Assembly (NCBI RefSeq): GCF_009914755.1
Contig: NC_060944.1
Source of the DNA: the human T2T-CHM13v2.0 reference genome, Homo sapiens
Reading direction: 5' to 3' (one strand)
Length of the DNA: 64,000 nt
Part shown: positions 37,740 through 50,024 of the stretch, piece by piece
How the letters are laid out: each line of letters begins with the position of its first letter
Position numbering within the stretch: position 1 is the stretch's first letter
Notes under the pieces: generated by a model
Database searches by the model: none
Seen by the model: the letters and a program-made list of their open reading frames with translations, nothing else
What the model was told of the DNA's origin: nothing
Position numbers and translations under genes: made by a program

Positions 37740-38980
37740 TCAGTAGAAATCAGTGAACACTGGAGCAAAGAAGTCCTCTTGGAAGAAGCAGAGTTGGAGC
37801 TAAGTCCCAAAAGGTGGCTGAGATTTAGATGATTGAAGGAGGAGGGTTCCACATTTAAAGAGGGAGAGTAGTCTGTGTAAAGGCACAGATGAAGACAGGC
37901 ATGGTACACACATGCTTTCACTGGGTTAATGTACAAGAACAGAGCTCTGTTCAACTGGCTTTGGGAAGTATAATTTTGGAGGATAAAGGGCATTGGCAAG
38001 AAACTCATTGGGGTCTCATGATAAACAGCCAGATATTAGGAGTCAGGAGCTAGAAGGACTCCCTGTGTCTCTCCAGAGAACTTAGTGTCTCTTCTTTCTC
38101 CCTTGACCTTCCTGCTACATGTTTCTGTTGTTGTTGTTTTTATTTTTTTTCTCTCTGCAGAATGGCTTATTTGCTCTACCCAGCGTGTGGTCACATCAGC
38201 TGCAGCAAAGATTCCAGCTACTAGCATCACTAGGCCTCAGTGCCAGATTCCACGGGCCAGATGTCTATCCCTGGTCCACTCAGCTATGATGAGGATAATG
38301 CTTTCAGATTCTTGTTTACCTCAGCCTGGGAGCAGGTTCTTTTATATCATGGCACAAGCAGCTCCTCTAAGAAGGCAATGATTAGTATTTGAACCACAAG
38401 GAACAGGAGAAGTGAGGGGTCAATGTGGTCAGACTTACTAAGGAGTACTTAAAGGCCACTGCAAAACCAGGCACTTGATCCTCTAATTGAGAGGGGAAGT
38501 TTGCAAGGGAAAGGTGTTTGATATATGGCAAGTTGAAAGGGTGGAGAGGCTGAGCGCCAGAGGTGAGCTGAAAGGTAATGGTAACAATAGAGGCCTAGGG
38601 ATACATTAGTCGACTTAGAGAGAAAAGAGAGGAATGGCAATTGCTGAGGATGCAAGAAGTTACCTTGAAAGAAGGAAAAGCAGGATTTATTGACTGGTTA
38701 TAAAGGCAGCTTTTAGCTCCAGGGATAGGGACAAGGTTGTGTGGCTTTGGGACATAAAGAAAGGAGAAGGAGGAGGAACCTGAATGTCAGGAGAGACATA
38801 ATGCTTCTGGTTTGGAAATGTCATCTCTGGTTCAATTGTGCTATGGGAATAATGGCCATAAGGCTACAAATGGGGTGTGCAGAGTGAATTGGATAAGATA
38901 TGAAGCTATGTTAATTGGAAGTTAATGAGATGAGAAGTGGGGAATTTTGGAGAAAAACAGGAAGTCAGTGGCCAGTAGCC
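37740..38980 (-). mobile_element. L2 fragments flanking a non-repeat segment at ~38.08-38.39 kb
   Basis: CCTCTTGGAAGAAGCAGAGTTGGAGCTAAGTC...AAAGGCACAGA; CAGGATTTATTGACTGGTT...TTCTGGTTTGGAAATG. Confidence 0.55.
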
Positions 38981-40024
38981 TCAAATCTAAATTTGCATCG
39001 TTACGGGCATGCTATCTGTGGGTTTGTGATAGGATTTCACTCAGCTTCCAGGTGGCTAGGTCATATTATCAGGTGGTGAAACAGTTAAAAAATATCACGA
39101 CCTAAGATAAAGTTTTGGTGTTTGCTGGAGCACAGTAATAACAGATGAGTTCTGTTCGGTAGGGAAAACTCTAGAAGCAAGCCCAGCACTTCTGTGGATA
39201 AGACTGATTCTGGAACCTACTTTAAAGCTTGTGCTAGGCAAATGGCCGATGATTCCCAATGCTTGCCTTAGACTACAAATGCAAAGAGGAAAAGGTTAAT
39301 TTTCTAACACAAATCTAAATATTTCCTTCTTGTACTAATAGGACCTAGCCATTCTGTAATGCAGGCAACATAGGTCTGAAAGAATGGTTGTATTTTGGCC
39401 AAACCATGAACTTCTTTTTGAGACCCTGCCAGTTCCTGGTGGAAGCCAGGAAATATATTTTTAGGCGTCTATAACTCCGGCTAAGGGAGCTATGTACCTC
39501 CTAATGGTTGTCATCCAATGGATATAAATAGAACCTTTAAAGAGACAAGCCATATGCTTTGTGGTGCTTACTTTATTTAACTCCAGATCTGATTTACAAG
39601 CACTTTAATTCCTAAAAACCACTCTATTTTGTTCATTAAGAATATGCAATGCACATAGGAATGCTTTGTAACTTGGCTATGGAATCAGAGATCAAGAATA
39701 TTTTCCTCCCCAAAACTTGTGATAAGGTCAAATGCTAAAGGCCTATAGTAATTGTTTTTAGCTGTTCTCTTAGAATTGAAAACAAATGTTTTCTAATACC
39801 ACCAAAGTGGTGTGCTGTTAGTAATGAATCTGTATGGCATAATTTCAGTTTCCTCATAATTTTTATGCATGACCTCAAAATTAAATGTGGTTCTCTAATT
39901 TTTTAATAATTGAAAGAATAGGTTTTTACTAATTAAGATCAGATTTATACTCTTTTGTATCAGAGAATGTCATGGTGAAAATTAATATAACAAAGTCATA
40001 CTGACATTTACTTTAGATCAGTGT

Positions 40025-40700
40025 AAAGATATACTACATGTCCACTGGAATGGCAAAAATTGAATGACTGGCAGTACCACATTTGGCAAAGATATAGATA
40101 ACGAGAACTCTAGTGCATTGCTGGTAGCAGTGTAAATTGGCTACTACCACTTTGGAAAACTATTTATTAATGTTTGTCTGTGCCCTACATATATCTACTG
40201 TATCAGTCTAAGATAAATGATCATATGTGTCCACTAGAAGATGGTTACAAGAATAATCATACAGTCGTATTTGTAATAGCCCCAAACTGTGAACAATAAA
40301 TTATTTATCAACAATTGGATAGATAAACAAATTGTAGTATATTCACAAAATAGAATACTGTTCAGCAATAAAAAGAATGAACTATTAATCCATGCTACAA
40401 TATGGATAAAATTTCAGAAATGTCATGTTAAGTGGAAGAAATAGGACACAAAAGAGAAATATGATTCCTTGTATATGAAATTCAAGAAAGGCAAAACTAA
40501 TTGAAGCTGGTAGACATCAGAAGAGTAACCCACTCTCTTCCTGGGGAGGGTTTTTCCAGGAAAGGGGTGCCTGATAATTTTGGAGATGGAGATGTCTAAG
40601 TGGTGCTTTCATGAGTGTGTACATATGCAAACACTCATCCCACTGTGCACGAAGGTTAGATACTTCCCCATGTATATGCTATACCGCAGTAAAAGTATGA
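40025..40700 (+). mobile_element. L1ME 3' region
   Basis: GCATTGCTGGTAGCAGTGTAAATTGG...CACTTTGGAAAAC...TAATAGCCCCAAACTG...CAGCAATAAAAAGAATGAACTA...AGGCAAAACTAA. Confidence 0.85.
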
Positions 40701-41529
40701 AATATATGTTTTATACCTCAAAATGTTTCACAACACATTATTTTCTCCTTTCCAATTCCACAGAGAAGAGAGAGGCTAAGTCTAGTACAAAAGGTTGGTT
40801 CTGGGCCAAACTGGAGAGGAGATGATGCAATGGAAGTATCCAGGCAAATACAAAGGGATTTTAACTTGTCTGTGTTTATTGCAAAAAAGGAAATTTGTTA
40901 TATTGTGAAAATAGTAAAATAGTGTGGCTTAGGAGAGGTTCTATTTTGGAGGGGGGGATGTATGACAAGTAATATTTTTATATTTTATATCATATCCAAT
41001 TAGATACATTGAAGAAGAAAAAATGTGTTTTAATTTTAAGCAGAGTTTTTACTTTTAAAATGTTTATATGTATATAAATATATACCCACTCTTGTAAATA
41101 GAGCCTTATGCATGCTTGTGGAGCATTTTGGTGCAGTCTTTTTTGAAAATGTTTTCCCTGTTTCTTCTACCTCTTTTACTTTACCTCTCTATTGTCACAA
41201 CCTATGTGTGTCCTACTTAATATGTAAGCTCATATAATAAGGCATACTTATCACATAAATATGTGTGTATGGGTGTATATGTGTACACCCACACATACTA
41301 ACATTCATAGATAAGTACAGCTTTATTTGTCTTTGTGCTATAAAAATGATATTATAGTATGCAAACTTCCCTGCATTTTGCTTTTATTCACCCAGTAAAA
41401 CTTCATGGAAATTCCTGTAAGTCAACTTGTATATTATGGTGGCCCAGTAGTCCCTGCTGTAGATATAGCATAATTTACTTAAGCAGTTCTTTGTTTATAG
41501 GTTTTGGTTGGGCAAGGTCTTTTGTGTAC

Positions 41530-41975
41530 TACAGTGAGAAAGCTTTGGCCTCAGAAACAGCAATCAGAGTTTGTCACTTAGATGGTCTGAGCCCATGTCT
41601 CCTCATCCATCAAAGGGAGATAAATTTATACTTGGCCACTCACAATACAGAGCAATTATAAGAATCAAAAAGACTATATGTAAGAGTGTATGCGTTTGGT
41701 ATGATGGAAAGAGCATTGCCATTGTTAACAATCAAATTTGTTTGTGTTTAGTACTTGCTGTAGGTGAGGCACTGTTCTAAGGTCTTTTCATGTATTTATT
41801 TAATATTTACAATAACGAAATGTGGTACTGTGTAGTATTATTCTTTTAACTCTTTCCAAATGAGGGAATTAAGAAAAAATTGAAATAATTTTCACAAAAT
41901 CAGCAGGAGACCTCAGATTCAAATCCTGGATTTTCCATTTGAGTGTCTGTGATTTTTATCTACCATGCAATATTA
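41530..41975. mobile_element. Two MIRs in opposite orientation (+ then -)
   Basis: GTGAGAAAGCTTTGGCCTCAG...TGGTCTGAGCC (+); TAGGTGAGGCACTGTTCTAAG...AAATGAGGGAATTAAG...GATTCAAATCCTGG (-). Confidence 0.6.
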
Positions 41976-42117
41976 CTTCTCAAATATGATGTTCACCGTA
42001 CCTTTTATTTTGTACATGAGCATTCATTGGTAACATGAAATAGGGTGGTTTATAGGAGAATGATCTCATTACATTGCCAATCATAAAAAATACTAAAATT
42101 TAAAACACAAAAGACAT

Positions 42118-42595
42118 GCATCAGATAGCTATTTTTGTGCAAAAGCCATCCCAAAATGTAGTGATTTGAAATTACAACTACATATTTAGGCTCTGATTAT
42201 GTGATCATCTGGTCAGGGCTTAGCAGCAGGGTTCTTCTGTTGCATCTGGGCTCATTCAAGCATCTATGATAAGCTGCTGAGTCAGCTAGGTTGCTTTGCT
42301 CTGAAGATTGACTTCAGCTATGAAAATAGGGGCAATTGAGCCATAAAGCGCTTATCCTCCAGCAGGCCTTTTCAGGCTTATGCACATGTAGGGGTATGGT
42401 TTCAAGAGAGAATGTAGAAACATGCAAGAATTCTTGAGGCCTGTTGTTAGAACTGACACAGCATGGTTTCCACCACATTTTCTGTTAAAGCAAGTCACAA
42501 AGTGATCTCAGGTTCAACCACCTGATGGGAATTACTACCAGGACACATAGCAGAAGGCAAAGAAAGAGGTTGAGGAATAATTGCAGCTATTTCAT
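42118..42595 (-). mobile_element. MLT1H-group solo LTR (MaLR)
   Basis: CCATCCCAAAATGTAGTG...TCCTCCAGCAGGC...CACATTTTCTGTTAAAGCAAGTCACAAAG. Confidence 0.75.
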
Positions 42596-43479
42596 TCAGT
42601 GTAGGAAGCAAAGCAAAATAAATTTTCTTACTACCTTATTTAATTCATCCCATAGAGCCTGGACACTGATTTTTTATTATTACTATGTAAGTATGTGTGT
42701 GCATATGTGTTTCTGCTGAGAATACCTTGTACATAGTTTTTATCTTTTAATTTGCAAATGGCTGGTTTTCTTTTCTCGGGGAATTTTTTTCTGAGATGAG
42801 GATTTGCTTCCTCTGAATGACTAAGCTGAACTGAATCTTTCCACTCTTTAGAGCTACCCTCATGCTCTTGAAGTCCTTATGTCTGCAATGATTTTAATCT
42901 CTATTTCTCAGGTAGCCAGAAGACAGGATATTATACTGTGGTTTTCCACAGCAGCAGGTCTGTTTGGCTAGATAATCAAGGTATCAAAACTAATTCTTTA
43001 ATACAGATGGCTTACAATACTTGTGAATTGCATTTTCCAAGGAGCACTGTCATATTCTCAATATTACCACACTTCCTACACCTTTAGCATCCTCTCTCAA
43101 TACTATCAGTTCCCAAAACCTTTGCCCTATTGTGCCAAGAAAAGACATTTATCAGATGAGTAAACTGAGGCATAGGAAATATCTATCAGTTTCATAAAGG
43201 GTTCATCACCTGAGATGCATGGGTTTCTTATTTCTTGGCCCTCAGCCATATGAATTATCCAATTTGATTTTCAGATTTCTCTTTTTTTCTTTATACAGCT
43301 TAAAATGATATATTCTCTAACTCATTCATTCAACATATCATTTCTTCTTGAAGGCCTAGTGACATAGAAATGAGGGTATCTTTAGAAATCATTAGAAATT
43401 TTAAATGGTTAAATGAAGGAGCTTTAGAAAACCATCTTAAATTAGGAGCTTAGTGAATGTTGCTTTATTTTTTAATTCA

Positions 43480-43680
43480 CATATAGTAAATGAAAACATG
43501 AATTTAAGAATTGGCCAGGCTAAGATTCAAATTCCAGTGCCACCATTTATAAATAACATGAGTGAACTTAGACAATTTAATACAGCACACACACACACAT
43601 ACACGCAAACACACACACACACACACACACACACTTTTGCCTAATACCTGGAACATAGTAGTAAATGCTCAATATTTTTT
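43480..43680 (+). mobile_element. MIR with embedded (CA)n at 43586-43634
   Basis: GATTCAAATTCCAG...GTGAACTTAGACAATTTA...TACCTGGAACATAGTAGTAAATGCTCAATA. Confidence 0.65.
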
Positions 43681-43977
43681 TACTCTCAAAAGCAAGGGCA
43701 GCATAGGAAATGACCCTCTCAAGTCAGATCAGGAGTGGTGACTAAATGACAAAGGACCACTTGTGCAGACGTCCTTGTGTTTCTTCATCTTAGCTTTAGG
43801 GTTTTCTTTCAAGTGTCCAGATTGCACCTATATTACCCTTGGGTAAGAGCCAATGAGATAATCCATACAGAATGCCTAGGGCAGGGTCTGGAAGGAGTAA
43901 GTGCTGTATAAAATTATCCTTCTTCTTCTTTCACTTCCTCTCTTTCTTGGGGCTGACCAGCTGATAAACTAGTCCTC

Positions 43978-44518
43978 TGTCCTAGATTGTGTTCCCCAGA
44001 AACAGACCTTGAAATGAGGATTATGTGCAGGGGATTTATTAGGGAAGCATCTCAGGAGAGACTGGCAGAGGAGCAGGCCAAGGAAGGGAAAGAAGACACA
44101 TCTGGGTTCCATTTCAGGTGAAGTTCCAGCCTCTTCATGACCTCATAGAGTACTCTGGAACATAAATAGCACCTCAGAGTATGTCCTGCCTGGAGGCAAG
44201 GTAGCTTGGCTTTTACATTCCTTCATCCATCTGTCACTGGCTATGGGCCCTCCTGGGTGGGCTATCACCTCCCAAGCACTTCCAGCTCTCCATAGTGTTA
44301 GGGCAGTTGCAGTAGCAAAAGAGAAATTTCTGAAGAAGGCTGCTACAGATACTGCTGCAGCAGTATCTTCTGTTGCCATCCAGATTACCATTTCCATTCT
44401 CAGCCTTCTGAAGAAGGCTGCAGTTGGAAATAAAGCATGTAAAAGCTGGGAATGGGAGCACAGACCCTGCAAAAGGGACAGAGGTGGCAACTCTGGTGGC
44501 AGCAGCAGTATCTGCTAC
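43978..44518 (-). mobile_element. ERVL solo LTR (LTR33-like) with an internal rearrangement
   Basis: TGTCCTAGATTGTGTTCCCCAGAAACAGACCTTGAAATGAGGATT...TTTATTAGGGAAG, the reverse LTR33/LTR16 3' end. Confidence 0.75.
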
Positions 44519-46639
44519 GTCCTCTTGGGTTTTATAGGCACCAGCAAAACACATCTTTTGTTAAAATGGTGGCCTTCTGACGGGAAGGGCAGGTCTACTA
44601 CTGAGGTCAAAATTCATGTGTTATTTTTGTAAGCAGCTACTAAAGCAGTATCAGTCCAGAGAAACGAGTCTATCTTTGAAGACCAAATACCCAAAAGATC
44701 TGCTTCAACCTTCCCCAGTTAATCTTTTGCCAGAAGATTCACAATCTGAATGTGGCTGTGAGTATTTGATTAGAGTATTAGTAGGTGAAGGAAGGTGGTA
44801 TGCAAGAATCAGCTTTAATATTATCCCCGTAGAAGGGAATAATTGGTGATTAGTTTTCAGGCTATATAGGACTATTCCTCCTAAATGAATGGATAAGCTG
44901 AGAGATTTACTTCTAAAGAGGTATGGTCTTTTCATTTTAACTCGAGATTTTAGGAAAGACCAACTTAAAAAGAAAGCAAAGGAAGTTTCAGGAGATTTCA
45001 GAATTTAGAAGGAATTCTGAAATTCTCTTCTGGGGAAATGAAATCCTAAGACTTGCATGGATATTTCTGAAAATCAAAATGAAATATTTTGGTTGCATAA
45101 ATCGTCAACTGTAGTTTTTAACTAAGGAAATGTAATTTAAAAAATCCAAGTGTTCGATTTACATAAGAAATAGAGTTATTTAAATAGAAGATTTCCAAAA
45201 CGCTGTTAGTGGTCTTTGACGTCTTTAAAAAGGCATTTATATTTGTGAAAAGATGATCTATTTTAAGGTGTAATTATTTCTAATGTGCCTCATTTTGGGG
45301 TCTCTTGAGAGATTAGAAATTGCTAATAAGCAATTTTAAATATTTTCGAGGTAAGTTAATAAAACACTTCATCGGTAATTCATGACTTGTTATCATTCTC
45401 ACATTATCCTTGTGTGGGTAAAGGCCTGTCCATCATTGGAAGTAATTGGAAAGAAAACTTTGCCTGAAGCTACATGAGAACTGGAACCCTTAAATCATGA
45501 ATGGTGGCAAGATTCCAAAATTAATTATGAAGACTATTGGAATGATGTAGCATCCTTTAACTCTTATTGTGATCGACAGAAAGTATCATAGATGGACAAC
45601 TCACTTTCCCTTTGCTCTGTGCTTCCTGGTGATTTTAGGTCACGTCCACTCTGAAATCTGAGCTGTCATTAAAGCCATGTCTTCGTGTCTGTCTGTCTGA
45701 AGCAGCAAAGATGAGACAGTCTGTCGCTGTGTGTGACCCCAGTGAGCCCCATAAGCAGAAGGCCCTGAGTCTCAATTTGTTTCTTTTGATTACTGGCAGA
45801 TCACTCACTGTGCCATTTCTCTGATGTGACTGAGCATATTAGCTGTGCCCTCCCCTAATTATTCATGCTTCCAATGTTACCCATTCAAAATTTATGACCA
45901 TGAGGATGGTGGGTTAGAAGCCTGAGGAACTGAGGCTCAAGCCTGTTGCCAGAGATTTACTGTCATTGTTTTAGGTGCAAAGTATTAACAGGCAGGCCAA
46001 CTCACTTCAATTCCTGACTTAGTACATTTAGTGGAGAATTAGTTGAGAATGAGTACATTTTCCCTGACACAGCTGCAAAATCAAACACACGAGGAGTTAT
46101 TGAAAAACTGGGATTTAAGCTTAAACCTATCATTTCTATATCTGATGGGCGCCATCCCATATCTGTGAAAATCTGACATTGGGGAAGTGAAATGCAGGCT
46201 TAAAAGAATGCTTTCAAGGTGCATAGCAAAAGCAATCTTACTCCTTTAGTGTTTCCCATTTAATACTTTTCAATTTTTAGTTAGTTAATTAAGGAGAAAA
46301 TCACTTAATAATCACATAACATAGATTGCTACTATAAATACCTGTATTGTCTATGTTACAATTTTCGCATCTATTTTACTTTATTATTTGTAATCTGTTG
46401 GGTTTTGTGACCTTGTGCTCCAAATGATTTTGCATCTGTAAGGTGGTTGGGAGTTAGATACCCTTCATCATATCTTTTGCCATCTTTGAGTGGCTTTTTT
46501 AACCTTTCCTTTTAAAAAAAAATCCCTTAATCCACAGTCTAATAAAGTAGGAAAAACAATCAATAAAGCATACCTACAAAAGTTCCATTTTAAACTTTTA
46601 GTGAACTTAAGTTTACTCATAGTGCATTTAATCTTCCTT

Positions 46640-47620
46640 TCTGTCTGTCAGTTAGCAAATATTTATTAAGCCCCAACAATATAACAGAGACATTGCTGGC
46701 TGCCAGGTCAGGGGGCAAGAGCCATGATGCATTTCATCTTACTTTGAGGCTGTCGGTCTACAAATATTTATTGAGCTCCCAACAATATGCCAGGGACTTT
46801 GCTAGCTGCTGTGGATTCAGAGATGAAAAGACATAGTTCCTTTTATTCACAGAATTTACAGGAGTGATACAAACAAAACAACATAGGAGACATAAGATAT
46901 GTACTCTGATTGTCTTGGTCTGTTCAGACTGCTATTACAACAATACCTTAGACTGGTTAATTTATAAACATTAGGAATTTATTGCTTACAGTTCTAGAAG
47001 CTGGGAAGTCCAAGATCAAGGGCACCAGCAGAGTCAGTGTCTGGTAGTGGTCTGTTCTCATAGATGAGTGCTTTTAAACTGTGTCTGCACTTGTCAGAAG
47101 TGCAAAGGGACAAACAGGCTCCCTCAAGTCTGTTTTGTAAGGACACTAACCTCATTTGTGAGGGGATGTCCTCATGACTTAATCGCCTCCCAAAGGCCCT
47201 ACCTCTTAATACGATCACAGTGGGAGTTAAGTTTCAACATAGGAATTTGGGGGGAACACAAACATTCAAGCAACAACAGTGATGATGGTTAGGCCAAGAA
47301 CGGTGCAGTCCTCAAGGAGAAAAGCTTTATATCTGCTAGGGAGAGTAAGGAAAGTAGCCTTGGAGCTGAGGCTTGGTGCACAGAGAGGAGTTTGCCAGGC
47401 GGATAAGAGCAGGAGAGGTCTTTCAAAGCAGGGGAAACAACATGGTCAAAAGCATGAAGACCTGCCAGAGCTTCCAGAATCTATCAGAGACTTTGAGTTG
47501 TTGGAGAATGAAGTATAAGGCAAGGAGTGACTGCAGCTGAGGCATGGTTGGATGAGGGTCAGATTACAAAGAAACTGTATATGCTGTTCAAAGTGGTTCC
47601 TATATTTTCTTCCTGCTGGT
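46640..47620 (-). mobile_element. L2, interrupted by MLT1A
   Basis: CAAATATTTTATTGAGC...AGAGATGAAAAG...; GGAGCTGAGGCTTGG...CATGGTCAAAAGCATGAAG. Confidence 0.7.
46911..47278 (-). mobile_element. MLT1A-family solo LTR (MaLR)
   Basis: TGTCTTGGTCTGTTCAG...GCTGGGAAGTCCAAGATCAAGG...CCTCCCAAAGGCCCTACCTCTTAATAC...GAATTTGGGGGGAACACAAACATTCA. Confidence 0.88.
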
Positions 47621-48877
47621 TATTAGAAGGGCATGTGCCCCTTTTAGGAGGCATCTGCTATGGTTAAGATAATAGAAAAGGGAATTTTCCTACAACTCAG
47701 ATTACATAGTTGCGAGTGAGACACATTCCTAGGTCCCTCTCCCCAAAAAGCCTTCAGAATTGGAACAGATTTTTTGATGGTGAAGTTTGTGGTGACATCA
47801 CTGGTTTGCTGCTCTAAAGGCCACTGGAATTAGGAATGCCCGTGGATGAAAGATATTTTTTGCCATGGACTTAGGAATCTGGGTGTGAGTATTTTCTCAT
47901 TGGTGGGTCAAGACTGACAGCTGCCCTCTGCAAGCTCTTTGAAAAGGTAGGAAGCCCTGAAGGACCTAGGTGATGCTATTACTTGATGGCTCAAGCAGAT
48001 CTTCACAAATTCAATACATGAAAGATAGGAAGTAAGACGTATGAGTGATGGGGGAGTGAGGTTAGAGTGGTACATCTATCATAGACTGGATAGAAAGGAA
48101 AGAAAAGCAGAGGAGGGGAGGATACACAACTTGGCAATGTCGAGATCCAGCCATCCAAACAAGCATGGAAGTCCTTGGTGAAGCTTGACTCCCAAGGGGC
48201 ATTGCTTTGCATCAGGCACCTGCTAGTCTCTGTATGCAAAGACAGCATGGCTCTTCTAGACTGTAATGAATAGCCACCAAAATCTCTTGGATGTGAACCT
48301 GCTGACTTCCCTTGTGAAAACTATGCCTAAAGGTCAGTGAATCCTGTTTTGGAGCTGCTTAGGGTCACTAACACCAAGAAAACTTCATACTTCACTTTTC
48401 TCTTATCCCTGCAGAATGCTGGAATGGAAGAAAAAAAAAAGATGAAAAGTAGGTCATATAAATTGGTAATGCCTAATTCTAATCCAGTGATCTCATATAG
48501 CATTAGAATAAATTAGAATACATTTTGATGAAAATTTCCATTTTATTAAATAGTTGCTTCGTGCATAAGCAGTGCAGCTGGACCACACTGTTTCTAAGAT
48601 TGTTTTCAATAAAATCTCATTAGCTCACAAGGCAAATTGAATTCTCACTTGCTTTCCCCATCCACTGTCCCTTACTCACCCCTGCTGTATATAGAGCACT
48701 GAGTGTAGAATTTCGCTAGCCAGACCACTTACTATTTGACAGAGATGTGTATGTAGGGAACAGCATTAAGCTATGCCATGACTTCCTGTCATGGCTATAA
48801 TTAGCATCAGTTCAATAGGCTTGAGTTAAAATGGTTTCTGTGGTGCCATTATAGCTTTGTTTTGCCTTACTTATATC

Positions 48878-49009
48878 TAGGTGACCACATGTTCAGGTTT
48901 TTCTGGGACAGTCCCTTTTTATGCCTGTTTTCTCAGTAGAAATTCTTAATAATGCCCATTCTCACTCTCTGAAGTATTCCAGTTTGGATTAACAATAATA
49001 TGGTCTCCT
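48878..49009 (+). mobile_element. MER94 (hAT-Blackjack)
   Basis: TIRs AGGTGACCA.../...TGGTCTCCT; internal GGGACAGTCCC...CACTCTCTGAAGTATTCCAGTTTGGA. Confidence 0.8.
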
Positions 49010-49582
49010 GTAGCAAATACTATGAGTGTTCTCATAGCCCTCAGACCTGAGCATTCCAGAATATTCTTACTGGCATCAGCCTGTTGATATCATGTGCAGA
49101 GTGCTCTATTGAAACGACAGAAACTCTTGGCCCACTCACCAAGCTGGAATTCAGAGGTATTGACTTCCCTAAGGGCATCCTTCAGCCAATAACTGATAGG
49201 AATTGGTGGTCAAATTTTATTTGTTGTTGTTGTTTTTCCTTGTTGATGTACAGTTACTCTAGCACTATTCACTTAGAAAATTTCCTTTTCCTAGTCCATT
49301 TCATTGGCACCCTTGTCAAAAATTAATTGATTTTATATATGTCAGTCTATCTCTGGACTCTCTTCTGATCCATTGACCTACCCATATACCAATACGAGAC
49401 TGACATATTTATCCTCAGGTGACTTTAATTTGCCACTAGGTCTGAGAATCACCATTTTCGACAAACCATGATTTATTGCCTGGGGCTAAATGCATTTCTG
49501 GTCTACATGAATTTGTGGTTTTATTCACAGAGGACAGGAAGAATATTGAGTTGATATCTAGCAGTGTCTCTCTTCACATATA

Positions 49583-50024
49583 TTTATTTATTTTCAACTT
49601 TTATTTTAGATACAGGGAGTACATGTGCAGGTTTGTTACCTGGGAATATTGCCTAATGATGAGGTTTTGGGTATGAATGTTCCCATCACCCAAGAACTAA
49701 GCATGGTACCTGAGTTTTTCAACTCCTGGTCCCTTTCCTCCCTCCCCACTCTAGTATTCCCCAGTTTCTATTGTTGCTATCTTTGTGTTCACCAGTATCC
49801 AATATTTAGTTCCCACTTATAAGCGAGAACATGCAGTATTTGGTTTTCTGTTCCTGCATTAATTTGCTCAAGATAATGGCCTCCAGCTGCATCTATGTTG
49901 CTGCAAAGGACATGATTTCGTTTCTTGTTATGGCTGTGTAGTATCCCACGGTGTACATATACCACATTTTCTTTATCAAATCCACCCTTGACAGGCACCT
50001 AAATTAACTCCGGGACTTTGCTAT
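49583..50024 (-). mobile_element. 5'-truncated L1PA (PA15/16-like) 3' end
   Basis: CAACTTTTATTTTAGATACAGGGAGTACATGTGCAGGTTTGTTAC...GGCCTCCAGCTGCATC...GCAAAGGACATGATTTC; TSD-like ttcacatatatt/ttcacacatatatt. Confidence 0.9.

Noticed and set aside
41260-41296. Hairpin TGGGTGTA...TACACCCA
   Set aside because: Low-complexity TG/CA context makes self-complementarity trivial
41530-41975. Inverted MIR pair as a miRNA precursor
   Set aside because: The copies are too diverged to show a continuous stem
44143-44632. Three overlapping ORFs over 100 aa on both strands
   Set aside because: Mostly inside an ERVL LTR; low-complexity Ala/Ser content reflects the GCA/CTG-rich palindromic insert
45345-45356. 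Strong donor GAG|GTAAGT
   Set aside because: No convincing upstream acceptor or promoter; isolated donors are common
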